Assembly: GCA_016748015.1 (NCBI GenBank)
Contig: JAAOMT010000504.1
Coordinates: forward strand, 44,781-108,780
Origin: Geosiphon pyriformis uo1
Taxonomy: Eukaryota; Fungi; Glomeromycota
Reading direction: 5' to 3'
Length of the DNA stretch: 64,000 bases
Shown here: positions 36,750 through 49,460 of the stretch, one piece after another
How positions within the stretch are numbered: the stretch's first letter is position 1
Layout of the letters: the number at the start of each line of letters is the position of its first letter
Made by a program: the position numbers and the translations under genes
Notes under the pieces: model-generated
Told to the model about the DNA's origin: nothing
What the model saw: only the letters and a program-made list of their open reading frames with translations
Databases searched by the model: none

Positions 36750-39700
36750 GTAACAGATACTATGATATATTGTCCTTAATATAAGATTTTTAGTTCCTGA
36801 GTTTCCCAATCTAAATTTGCATTGGTTTTAAGAAGCCAATTATTTCCAACAAGAGCTTAGTATTAAGATGCATTCATGACTAGGACTTTGACTGGAATAG
36901 TAATTCCATCAATGATGAATGGAAAGTTGTCAATTTTTCTTACTAGTGTTTTTTTCATACCATTTGCTATAACAATTACTGTTTGGGCTGGTCTGTCAAC
37001 ATTTTGATTAAGTTGTTGTATTAATTAATAGGTAATGATACTTCCAGCGGATCTACTGTCTAGAATTAATTAAATAGGCTTTCCTTCTACTGTAGCTTCA
37101 GTATATATGGCAGTAATAGCTTTTTGTTTATTAACTGCTGCATTGCTAAGCAAGAATGGTGATTTATTTGCTTCAAATTCGAATGAGAATGTATCTGACA
37201 AGTTGGCATTTTGGGCAATTTGGGCTGGTGGGATAGTATTGTTAGAAGGGTTTGTTCTTGGTACTGCAACTTCACCTTCAGAAAATGCAGTTTGTTAAAA
37301 ATCTGATTTTTCTTACATTGTTAAATAACTGGGTTGAGTGTGAAACTAAGTGGGTCTTTGTTGAGCAGAATTTTGGGGAACTAATTGATTATTGGAGTTA
37401 AATCTGTTGTGGTTTGTTAAAAAACGGTTTTGTGGTGTAAATTGGTTTTGTTAGACCAATTTTCTGGCTGGTATTTGTTATTGTTGAGTGGATGATGTTT
37501 GATATTGCTGAATTGGTAAAATTTGTTGATATTGTTACTACATTAATTATGAAGCTGGTTGATAGTAATTGTTTTGATTTTGTGGTCTTGGTGGATAATA
37601 AATTGATAGTGGGAATTGGTAATAAGATTGTTGTGGTAAAGAGTAATATTGTTTACTCCTGTTTTGTTGGTCTTTTTGCAATTTTCTGTAATCTCGTTTT
37701 CAGTGTTCTGAGATTCTACAATAATGACAATTTTGAAGTTGGTTGTTAGATGGTGATCCAAAATTGTTTTGATTGCATTATTGTGGTGGTTAATATCTTG
37801 GTAGTTGTTGCTGCTGTTGTTGTTGGTTTGTAAAGTAGTTTTCAACTTTTTTTGTGAGTTGATCTATCTTCTTTTTAGCTGTTGAGCTGGTTTCTTCAAT
37901 AGCTAGATTGACAAGTTTAGTGTGGTTTGTTTCTTCTATTGTCATTTCATAGTTTTTTGCATGTCTAATGGCTGTTGCTAAGTCTTCTGGGGCATGTGAG
38001 CAAACTTTCTTGATTAATTTGTCTTTTAATTCTGCTATAAGCTGACCCAAAATCTGGGCATTGGAATAATATTCATTGGTTTCCAATTGTCAAATTCATT
38101 AAAGAAGTTTGTTAAATTTCTTAAAATAGATTATAATAGTTTTAGATGTTTCTTGTTTGATATTGCAAAAGTAATTGCGGAGAGTAATAGAAGTGTTGTT
38201 ATTGGTAAATTGTTGTAAGAAAGCATCTTTGAATGCTTGCCAGTTTCCAAATGGTTCTTTTAAGTTTTTAAACCATTCTTCTGCAGTTCTTTGGAGAAAG
38301 TATGAAATTGCTTTGAGCATTCTTGCTGCATTCCAACCATTTGCATCTCCTGCTTTCTGAACTTTGTCAAGCCATTCTTGTGAACTGATATTATTGTTTT
38401 TACCAGTGAATTCTGGAATTTTTGCAATATAAGCAGTTGTTATTTTTTTTTCATTTTCTGTGATTCTTTTTTGTTCTGATTCAGTTTTTTTACTTTCCAA
38501 GTTTNNNNNNNNNNNNNNNNNNNNAGCAGAATTTTGGGGAACTAATTGATTATTGGAGTTAAATCTGTTGTGGTTTGTTAAAAAACGGTTTTGTGGTGTA
38601 AATTGGTTTTGTTAGACCAATTTTCTGGCTGGTATTTGTTATTGTTGAGTGGATGATGTTTGATATTGCTGAATTGGTAAAATTTGTTGATATTGTTACT
38701 ACATTAATTATGAAGCTGGTTGATAGTAATTGTTTTGATTTTGTGGTCTTGGTGGATAATAAATTGATAGTGGGAATTGGTAATAAGATTGTTGTGGTAA
38801 AGAGTAATATTGTTTACTCCTGTTTTGTTGGTCTTTTTGCAATTTTCTGTAATCTCGTTTTCAGTGTTCTGAGATTCTACAATAATGACAATTTTGAAGT
38901 TGGTTGTTAGATGGTGATCCAAAATTGTTTTGATTGCATTATTGTGGTGGTTAATATCTTGGTAGTTGTTGCTGCTGTTGTTGTTGGTTTGTAAAGTAGT
39001 TTTCAACTTTTTTTGTGAGTTGATCTATCTTCTTTTTAGCTGTTGAGCTGGTTTCTTCAATAGCTAGATTGACAAGTTTAGTGTGGTTTGTTTCTTCTAT
39101 TGTCATTTCATAGTTTTTTGCATGTCTAATGGCTGTTGCTAAGTCTTCTGGGGCATGTGAGCAAACTTTCTTGATTAATTTGTCTTTTAATTCTGCTATA
39201 AGCTGACCCAAAATCTGGGCATTGGAATAATATTCATTGGTTTCCAATTGTCAAATTCATTAAAGAAGTTTGTTAAATTTCTTAAAATAGATTATAATAG
39301 TTTTAGATGTTTCTTGTTTGATATTGCAAAAGTAATTGCGGAGAGTAATAGAAGTGTTGTTATTGGTAAATTGTTGTAAGAAAGCATCTTTGAATGCTTG
39401 CCAGTTTCCAAATGGTTCTTTTAAGTTTTTAAACCATTCTTCTGCAGTTCTTTGGAGAAAGTATGAAATTGCTTTGAGCATTCTTGCTGCATTCCAACCA
39501 TTTGCATCTCCTGCTTTCTGAACTTTGTCAAGCCATTCTTGTGAACTGATATTATTGTTTTTACCAGTGAATTCTGGAATTTTTGCAATATAAGCAGTTG
39601 TTATTTTTTTTTCATTTTCTGTGATTCTTTTTTGTTCTGATTCAGTTTTTTTACTTTCCAAGTTTTTTGAATGATTATTTTCGTTTTCCTGTAAGTAATC

Positions 39701-40591
39701 AAGAAGATTGGTGATTGTTGATATGGGTTTCTGCTGTTGAATAAGATTTCTAGATAACTGATAATCTTCTGGTCTAGAGAAATGGTTAAGTAGTGAATTT
39801 GGTGTTTGTGGTCGAGTTAGTAAAATTAGAAATGGTGTAATAGAAAATGGTAATTTGACACTGGTTCCTTGTTCAAGTGTTTACAAGTGTTTGGTAGTTG
39901 TTTTTGGTGTTTTTGGAGTATTTGGGGTGGTGTTTGAGTGTTGTTTCAGTTTTTGTTTGTTTTTGTTGTTTGTTTTTGTTTTTGATTCAAAGTCAATAGA
40001 GTATTTAGACTGTACTGGATATGTTTCTTTACAATACTTGATAATGTTAAAATTAAGTTTTTGAAAATAGGTGGCAAGTGTTTCACTGTTAAAGTTTTCA
40101 GTTTCCAACTGTAAATAGTGCATTAAATTATTGTAAAGATTGCTTCTAACTTCTAAAATGTTGTAATTTCCAAGAAGATAATTGTTAATGTGGTTTTCAA
40201 TGTATTGGTATACTGATTTTTTGACAACTTTAATTCCGTCTGGAATGTTGAATCTTTGCTTGCAGTGAGTGTAAATTGACTAATAATACTCTAGAGTTGT
40301 TGTGTCTGGTGTGATTGCCACTTTGAAGTTGTTATTGCTGTGTTATTTTTGTGGAAGAGCACCAAATATTACTGGAGGTTTTTGGTTTCTTTTCTTAAAT
40401 GTTGTTAATGTTGATTTGCTGTAAATTTACGTTTTCAGAAAGTAGTTAGATCTCTAGTAACTGAATTTATCTTTAAATTATTTCCTATAATTTGAACTGC
40501 TGGGCTTATAAATAAAATGGCCAATTCTATGCCAGTTATTTTGTATAGTTACATTGTAGTAAACATCAATTTTTTCCCAGGAATTGCTCAT
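36750..40591 (-). pseudogene. Gag and aspartic protease of element 1 (contains an assembly-duplicated segment)
   Basis: IPEFTG...WLDKVQKAGDANGW...WQAFKDAFLQQF capsid motif; decayed CCHC knuckle CHYCRISEH*KRD; protease LILDSRSAGSII near 37050. Confidence 0.85.
38505..38524. other. Assembly gap flanked by an identical 1141-bp duplication (37364-38504 = 38525-39665)
   Basis: ORF translations are identical at offset 1161 on both sides of a 20-N gap. Confidence 0.9.
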
Positions 40592-41334
40592 CTGGAAGCT
40601 TACTAAAAATGTGTAGTTACTTTGCTGTGAAAGTCAACTCTTCTACAGAAATCTTGTCTGTAGGCTACTTTAATAATTGTAATAAGAAAATAAAAGAAAA
40701 ATAAAAGAAATATAAAAGAAATAGAATTGTCAAGGGAAACGTTTTCTATCCAGGCCTGAAGTTACTAACAGATTACTAAAATTGATAGCTAATCAATTTC
40801 AAAACGTTAATTTGTGTTGAGGGAATTTCAAGTGTAATAATCAAAGGATTTGGTTTTCAAATATTCAATTTTTATTTGATTTTGTAAAAAGGTGATTTGT
40901 TTCAATTAAGATATCTAAAGTAAGATACTATGGTAAGATACTATAAGAAGATACATTTTCTTGAAGAGAGAAGCTCTTCTTTTATACAACTTGTTGTAGT
41001 ACTAGTATTTGAACTTGCACTTTTCTTTTTGCTACAATTTGGGTGAATTAAAGATACATTTCGGCAAACTACAAGTTATTTCACTGAACTATTGATTATT
41101 TCGGCCAATTTCCATTAATTTCGGCGAATTTTGACTATGTTAAATGGTTCAGAGTATTGTGTAATTTGATCATCTTAATTTCTAGAGTACAAATCGGATT
41201 ATTGATTAAGTAATGACATTTGATAATTTGATTAAATAATAAGTGATAATCGAAATAATAATGTATACTAATTAATAATAGGAATTATGAAGGTAATTTT
41301 ATGCTAATTAATAAATAAAATTCTACTGGTAACA
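40367..41334 (-). repeat. 5' LTR of element 1
   Basis: TATTACTGG (TG>TA decayed)...CTGGTAACA; same length as and collinear with 30305-31272. Confidence 0.95.
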
Positions 41335-43498
41335 TTGGTTATAGCTATTAGATTTGTAAGTTGGTAGATGCTGGTAATTTGTCATTAATAAAGATAAAAG
41401 TAATCCTATATAGAATAAAATTTTGCTTAAAGACAGAAAACATTTCTTTATATATGTTATTGTCTCTAAGTTGTTGATTTTGAGATCAAAAATTATGCAT
41501 TTGTTTTTCATGTGAAACAAAAATACAAAATGGAATTAACTAATATATAGTAATTAAAAACAAAACATTACTTTTTGAAATCTTGGTACTTTTTGTAAAT
41601 TTTTTATATTATTACATAAATTTTTATGACTAATGTAATATTAAACAGATCTTTATAACTCATTTTTTTGACTCTGTTAGCATAAAATGGCTAAATACAA
41701 TTAGTATGAAATCAAATTTACATCTCCTTTAAAACCATAAAATTTATTATAACGTTTAATTTAACTCTTTTCTTTGTCTAAGAAAACAATATAAATGGTC
41801 ACAGATAGATTAGTCATTAAGAACATAATATTCATATCTCATATCTGAAAAAAATTGATATATTAAACTGAATAATATAAAAAAAATAAAAAACTACTGA
41901 ACATAGCCAATACATATACTCCCTGTTGTAACACGGAATCTGAAAACATGACTATTTACTTAAAACACAGCCTTTAAACATTCAAAAAATTTCAAAACAA
42001 GTTTAGTGTTCATTATTATTATATCTTAGTTAAGATTATATTTTCAGTCTAGTTTTAACATTAAATACTAAAAAAAATAGAGATTTAGCAATGGGCAATA
42101 TATAATAAAAAATTGGAAAAGTATTAATAATTGATAAATAATTAACTATCTAATTTAAAGACCTAAATAAAATTAAACACATTATTTTAAATGAATTCTA
42201 TTCCATTGAAGCATATTTCTGTCTTGACTTACATAAAAAAAAGTTTAAATGTTGGTAAATATTTACATTTTTAGATGAGTAATTTATTTAATTCACTTAA
42301 TTTAATCTACTTAAACAGGCTTATTGCTAGTCTGCTTACATAAGTTAGTAAAAAAAATTAGACACAACATAGAATTTTTAATTATTATAAATAATTTTTA
42401 AAAATTGTATTCAGTAAATTATTATCCACAGTTAACCAAAATTTATAGAGTTATTAAATATCTAACATCCAAAGTTTGTAATGAGGCTTTTATATTAAGA
42501 ATAGAGATATCTATAGTTTTGTTATTATTTGCCAGAAAACTATTTTAAATGTAATTGGTGGAAAGTATTCTGTAATAGAAAAATATATATCTCAAAAAAA
42601 ATTAGCAAATACAAAGTAAACAAATTGTTTATGAAAAAAAAAATTACAAAATACTAGCATGTTATGATATGGCAAGATATAAAATTCAATAATCTCAAAA
42701 CCTAAATTTTCTACAAATAGTAAGTCTTTCATTTATTATATTCAAAAAACTTTTAATTTAAAGACTTTTATTGATGATATGAAATCAAAAATTGAGAGAA
42801 AAATTGGTTTTTTAAAATATAATATATTAGCATATATATACTTTCATCTTTAGATCTTTTTTAAGAAAAGCTTTTTGAATAAAAATTATTAAATATAAGG
42901 CATTTGCTTATCAATTTTATTTATGTACAAACATGTTTTGAAAACCTTATTCTTTTAAAATATTATTTATACATATTTTTAATATCTACCTAAATTAACA
43001 TTTCAATTAACTAAGCTTATTTAAACTTAAAATAATTTCTTTTTTTTTGGTTTAATACATCAAATTTTATATTTTACATTTTATCAATAGGTATATTTTA
43101 ATAAAATTGTAGTTTTCAAATATAAGCCAAATGTTAAAAGTATACAATTAAATTTATTTTTTGATTTGTTTTCTTTTTATTTTTTAATAAAAAAACACAT
43201 CAAATTAATATTAATATCAAGGATTTATATATGTATTATAATAACTTTACTTTTATTTTTAATTAATTTTTTAATAATATTATATATATATAAACTATTA
43301 TAAACAAATTTTAATTTATATAAATATTAATAAATATTATTATAAATAATAAAAATTTTCATAACTAACAAATTTTAATTTATAATATTCTGAAATATTA
43401 AAATTTTGTTAAAATAATAAATTATTTTTATAAATTGATTTATAATATTAAACTCTAATTGTGATAAACAATTAAAAAACTGGATTTTGATATAACAC

Positions 43499-44458
43499 TG
43501 TTACCGGAGGTTTTTGGTCTCTTTTCTTTAATGTTGTTAATATCTGTTTGTTGTAAATTCACGTTTTCTAGAAGTATTTGAACCTCCAATAACTGAATTT
43601 ATCTTCAAATTATCTTCTATAATTTGAACTGCTGGGCTTATGAGTGGAATGGCCAATTCTGTGCCAGTTACTTTATGTAGTTACATTGTAGTAAATGTCA
43701 ACTTTTTCCCAGGAATTGCTCATCTGGAAGCTCACTAAAATGTATAGTTACTTTGCTGTAAAAGTCAACTCTTCTACAGGAATCTCGTCTGTAGGCTACC
43801 CTAATGATTGTAATAAGAAAATAAAAGAAAAAAATAAAAGAAATAGAATTCTAACAAGGGAAACGTTTTTTATCCAGGCCTGGAGTCACTAACAGTTTAT
43901 TGAAATCAGTAACTAATTAATTTCAAAACGTTAGTTGTGTTGAGGGAATTTTCAAGTGTAATAATTTAAGGATTTGGTTTTCAAATATTTAATTTTTATT
44001 TGATTTTGTAAACAGTGATTTGTTCTAATTAAGATATCTAAAGTAAGATACTATAGTAAGATATGGGAAGGATATATTTTCTTGAAGAGAGAAGCTCTTC
44101 TTTTATACAACTTGTTGTAGTACTAGTCTTTGAACTTGCACTTTTCTCTTTGCTACAATTTGGGTGAACTAAAGATACATTTCGGCAAACTACAAGTTAT
44201 TTCACTGAACTATTGATTATTTCGGCCAATTTCCATTAATTTCGGCGAATTTTGAATATGTTAAATGGTTCAGGGTATTGTGTAATTTAATCGTCTTAAT
44301 TTCTAGAGTACAAATCGGATTATTGATTGAGTAATAATATTTGATAATTTGATTAAATAATAAGTAATAATCGAAATAATAATAATATATGCTAATTAAT
44401 AATAGGAATTATGAGGGTAATTTCATGCTAATTAATAGCTAAAATTCTTCTGGTAACA
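43499..44458 (-). mobile_element. Solo LTR of the element-1 family
   Basis: TGTTACCGG...CTGGTAACA, 960 bp; perfect 4-bp TSD ACAC (43495-43498 / 44459-44462); no internal sequence. Confidence 0.95.
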
Positions 44459-45889
44459 ACACAAATAAATTATTAATACTTTTTCGAAAAAACAATTGCT
44501 TGAAAAAAATAATTGCTAATCAATATTGTTTTTAATTTTTTTTATTTTCTTATATTGTGATATTTATCAAGTTAATCTTAAAGATTCTAATTCCTTTTTT
44601 CAATTCTATTACATTTAATAAAAATGCCTTTGATTGCTTACTGGTCAAGTAATCAAGAGTTTTATTTTTTTTAACATATGCTAGATCTTCTTTCCAAATT
44701 AGGCTAAGCAAAGTTTGAAAAATAAAATAATATTATAGCTTTCTAATTAACTTAGAAATAAAACAAAATAAATATATGGTTTTTAATTAATTACAATGCT
44801 TAAAAATTTATGTCATAATTTATTGGATCTTATTTTAAAAAATTGAAAGAGAACCAAGTTTTATTTATATTTTTATTTAGGAAGTCTCAAATAATAGAGC
44901 TTATAACTTTTTCGATTATGACAGTTAGATTTTATTTTAATTTTAAATATTACAAGTAGAAAAAAATTAAAATTACAATGCATAGATGCTAAGAAACTCA
45001 AGTTAATTATCTTTCTAAAATAAATATCATTAGTAAATTTTGACATTTTTTTTAATAATTAAATCTTCTAATTAATATTTCTTTGGTTTTTTCTATTTCT
45101 TCAGAATAAAAATATTCCAATTAAAACTATTATTAATTTTTGACTATATTAAACAGAACATAAAAATAAGTTTTTAGTATTAGTTTATTTTAGCTGAAAA
45201 TATTTGAATATAGTTCAATTTTATTTTTTGTAATGATAAGTAAAATTATGTTTATCTTCAGCATTATTAAAAAATTACTTTTCACAAATAAAGTAAAAAA
45301 TATATAGAAAATTTTAAATTTAAAACTGTTTATTTTCATTTTTAAAAACTTATCTTTAAAAAAATATTAATAAATACTTAATTTACATTTTTTATTATAT
45401 ATAAACTTTGACTAATCAGATATTAATATAAATAAAATTAATATAATTTAATTGCAAAGGATCCCAAAAAGATTTGTCACCACTTTTTTTTATCTAATTA
45501 ATTCTCACATTTTACAGTAAAAATTTGAGAATCCAAATAATTTTCTCAATATAAACAGTAAATTTTTTTATGTAATATAAAATACATAAATCATTTATTT
45601 AATTAGAAAAAAAGTAATAAATCCTTAATGCCTTTTCTAATAGTTTGAATAAAACATATTTTTCAATAAAAGTTACAAACTTTATTTAAATAAATATTTT
45701 TTGAAATATAATATAAGTTTACTATGTTTATTAAATAATTTTTGTTTATAACTTAAACATAATACATTATTTTGTTATTTTAAATATTAAATTATTTTCT
45801 GCTATTAATTCAAATTTTGTTAAAAATTTGGTTAATATTATGCTAATTTTTTAATAAAAATTCAAATTTTATAATATAATATATAATAA

Positions 45890-46260
45890 TGAAGGCTCAT
45901 GCTTGACCACATATAATCAGCCACCCAAGTCAGCCATACCCTGGGGACTGACACAAATTCGAAATTAAAAACAAGCTCTTAACAAAACCAAAATTCAGAT
46001 TAATCTCTTTGGCAAAACGAATTTTATAAATTTTTATATCATTAAGCAAAAAAGCCGAATCTTTAACATCAGAAATTACAAAACCAGCATCATTAATTAA
46101 ACCCCTCTTCTTATACTTTGCCAGATTAGATCCCTGTGGACTACAATCTAACTTTGAACAAAATTAATGATATGTAAAGCAGCAACATTAATCTAATCAA
46201 ACTTATAAACAGATTCAAAAAACCAATCTGCAAATAAATTGTTTTAATTAACAATATTTT
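45890..46260 (-). mobile_element. 5'-truncated LINE 3'-end fragment
   Basis: Translates like the C-terminus of the LINE at 53359-55025 (..FVQS..HRDLIW..KRGLI..FGFVKSLF). Its 3' UTR (gacttgggtggctg..atatgtg..gcatgagc) resembles 53445-53540. Confidence 0.5.
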
Positions 46261-48119
46261 CAATAACCTTCAAGTTTTGAGAACATTTATCAGTTAAATT
46301 TGAATTACAAAATTTATTTTTCGAAATGCAAACTGAAGTTTTGAGAAAACAAATAGTTATAAAAGAATTTTTAATTGCATTTTTTGAATATTAAAAATTT
46401 TAATAAAAATAAAGGCGCAAATCAGGTATTTCGAATTTATTAGAAAAAAAACTCTATTTTAAAAAATACTGCATAGAAAACATCTATTTTATTCAAAGTT
46501 ACCTTATTGAATATTGGTTTTAGTGTATTTTTATTTCACTGTCTGTAAAAACCCAAATATTATCTAATATTTATTATTTTAATTAGCAAGATAAAACACA
46601 ATCATATATTGTAATTTTATTATCTGGCATAAAATAGACTATAGAATATTCTGCCAATAAAAATTTCCAGAATAAGGTATTATTTTTGAGAAATATATGA
46701 TTGAATTAAATAAAATTAAATTTATCTATTTTTGATATTAAAAACTTCATACTTCTTGGCAAATAAATTCACCTGCTAATATTTTGAGCCAAGCAATATG
46801 ACAGGCTTATAATCTGTTTTTCTAAACAACAGCACCCTAGAAGATATTTAAAATCTGCCAAAATATAAGATATTCCTCCAAAAGAGAGTTTAAAGTCTTG
46901 TTCATTATAAAGTCAATTTTTATCAACAAAATTGCTAAGTCTAGTATTTTTAGCTTTGTTATTTCCAAGAGAAACTTCTTTTTCCATCCAACCAATTATT
47001 TTTAGAGTTTTACGATTGTAGATTATACCTGCTAATAAGCTGACCAGTTCTTTTTACTTTAATTTTGCTTACTGTTGCTCTTTTATTATTATATAATCGA
47101 TGAAAATCAGCTGAAGTAAATCTGTTTTGACTGTATTGAAGTAACAATTTAAACTTATTTCAAAGTTGATATTTAAAAGAAGTATTTTTGGCTTTTTCTT
47201 GAATTCAATTATCTAGCTGTTTTATATTATGCAATTGAAAAGGCTTTAAATTAATATTTAATCATAATAACTAAATCTCTACAGACTTTTGATGACTACT
47301 TGATATAAAATAATAATATTAAAGATTTTTATATAGAGTTCCAACTAAGATTTTCACAAATGTATTTAAACCATGCCAATAATCTATAAATACTATCAAT
47401 GAAATGCAATCTAACAAAAGTTTGAACAAATATATTATCAAGATATAAAATTGTTGAAATTTTGTAATAATCAATAAGAAATCTACTAATTGGTATTATT
47501 ATTAATATTTATTCAATTTATGTTAAAAATTCTTTATAGATTGCTGCTATTAAATTATTAGCAAGACATTTAGCAGTTTAAATTGGTTATTAAAAATATA
47601 TTAATAAATAATTAAAAAACCTATATATATCTTAATTTATATATGACAAGCAATGTTTTGGCTTCTTTTATAATTGCACTTTTAATAATAATAAGTTCAA
47701 TACTTTCTTACAACTTAGTGGTTTGTACCAAAAAAAAGAAGACTTTTATATAGTACTTATGGTAAATTCTCAAAGACAGTTTTCATAGAAGCATTATATT
47801 TAGTTTTCTAATTGATCAAAAATTATGCAAAATTTTAAAGTTAGTGGAGCATAAATTGTAATTAATAAGAAAATAACAAACAAAATTATTAGAATTACTT
47901 TTTAAACATTAACTATAGGTAGTTAAAAAAAAGATTTATATAATTAATTTTCAAGAGCAGTTTCCAGAAAAGTATTGTATATTTGGTTTTCCAATCAATT
48001 AAATATTATACAAGATTTTCAAATTAGTAAAGCTTCAATTATAATTGATAAAAATTGAAAAACAAAATTATTAAGATTACTTTTCAAGTACTAGTCATAA
48101 ATAATAAACAAATTGTAAA

Positions 48120-49460
48120 AGTCTATATAGATGCAAAATAACTTTGAGTTATTCTAATATTGAGCATACCAATATAGAAATACAGTAAATGCTAAAATGT
48201 CCTATAAAATACTAATAAGTCTTTTTCCAAGTATCAACTATAGATATCCATAGAATAGAAACTTGTATAAAACTAAGATAACATGGAGTTATTTTAGTAA
48301 AAAATGTTTTAGTATAAAACACAGCAAGTATTCAAACATTCTGTTAGGTGTTAACAAGTCTCTTTTAAACATTGGTCATAGGTATTCATAGAATAAAAAC
48401 TTGTATGGAAATAGGATAACATCAAGTTATTTTAGTAAAGAATGTCTTAACATAAAATACAGCAAGTGCTGTTAGGTGTTAAAAAGTTTCTTTTCAAGTA
48501 TTAGCTATAAATATCTATAAAATAAAAACTTATATAAGGATAAAATAACATAAAGTTATTCTGGTAAAAAGTACATTAACATAGAATACAATAAGTACTA
48601 AAACGTCCTATTAGGTATTAAGAAGTCTCTTTCCAAGCATTAACTATAGATATCTATAGAAAAGAAACTTATATAAGAGTAGAATAACATTGAGTTATTC
48701 TAATAAAGAGTTTTTTAGCATAGAACACAGCAAGTACTTAAATGTTCTATTAAGTGCTAATAAGTCTCTTTCCAAATATTGGCCATAAGTATTCATAGAA
48801 TAAAAACTTGTATAAAAATAGGATAATATTAAGTTATTCTAATAAAAAACATTTTAGCATAAAATACAGCAAACACTAAAATGTTCTATTAGATGCTAAA
48901 AAGTTTTTTTTCTAAGCATTAGTTATAGGTATTTATAAAATAGAGACTTATATAGATGTAGAATAACATCAAATTATTCTGATAAAAAGTGCTTTAGCAT
49001 AGAACACAGCAAATACTAAAACATCCTATTAAATACTAAGGAGTTTCTTTTCAAGCATTGGTTATAGGTATCCATAAAATGAAAACTTATATGAGAGTAA
49101 AATAACATAGAGTTATTCTGGTAAAGAATGCTTTAGCATAGAACACAACAAGTGCTAAAACATTCTGTCAGATATTAATAAATCTTTTTCCAAGCATTGG
49201 CCATAAGTATCTATAGAATAAAAACTTATATGAGAATAGAATAATATTGAGTTATTTTGATAAAGAGTGTCTTAGCATAAAATACAACAAGCACTGTCAG
49301 GTGTTAAAAAATTTTTTTTTAAGCATTAGCTATAGATATTTATAGAATAAAAACTTATATAAGGGTAAAATAATATAAAGTTATTCTGATAAAGAGTGTA
49401 CTAGCATAAAATACAGCAATTATTAAAAGTCTTATTAAATGCTAAGAAGTTTTTTTCTCA
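48120..49460. repeat. Satellite array, about 139-bp unit, about 10 copies
   Basis: Unit starts near 48217, 48356, 48484, 48623, 48762, 48901, 49041, 49179, 49307, 49447. Core aagtctctttccaagcatt..ctataggtatccatagaata.aaacttgtat..gataacat.gagttattctggtaaagagtg..tagcatagaacacagcaagt. Confidence 0.9.

Larger units (their letters stand above)
30305..41334 (-). mobile_element. Full-length degenerate Ty3/gypsy LTR retrotransposon with dUTPase (element 1)
   Basis: Two 968-bp LTRs; 4-bp TSD ctgg/ttgg; PBS-like ttTGGTGCTCTTCC at 40353-40366; PPT GAGAAGGAGG at 31276-31285; order Gag-PR-insert-dUTPase-RT-RH-IN-ORF3; many stops. Confidence 0.95.

Noticed and set aside
37492-39521. Plus-strand ORFs antisense to gag, and similar short shadow ORFs elsewhere in the track
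   Set aside because: They are reverse-frame by-products of Gln/Asn-rich gag or AT-rich DNA, with no recognisable motifs.
37364-39665. Tandem duplication of 1141 bp of gag
   Set aside because: The copies look identical and flank a 20-N gap in an otherwise heavily mutated element, so this is most likely an unmerged contig overlap.
40353-40366. Assigning a specific primer tRNA to the PBS
   Set aside because: TGGTGCT... is PBS-like in both elements, but I cannot match it to a tRNA 3' end without the organism's tRNA set.
46650-48100. Possible DNA-transposon relic
   Set aside because: Only faint coding-like stretches and no diagnostic motif that I can support.
48120-49460. Hammerhead ribozyme or Penelope-type array
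   Set aside because: No CUGAnGA...GAAA core on either strand of my consensus; the nearest is ctg(g/a)taa.
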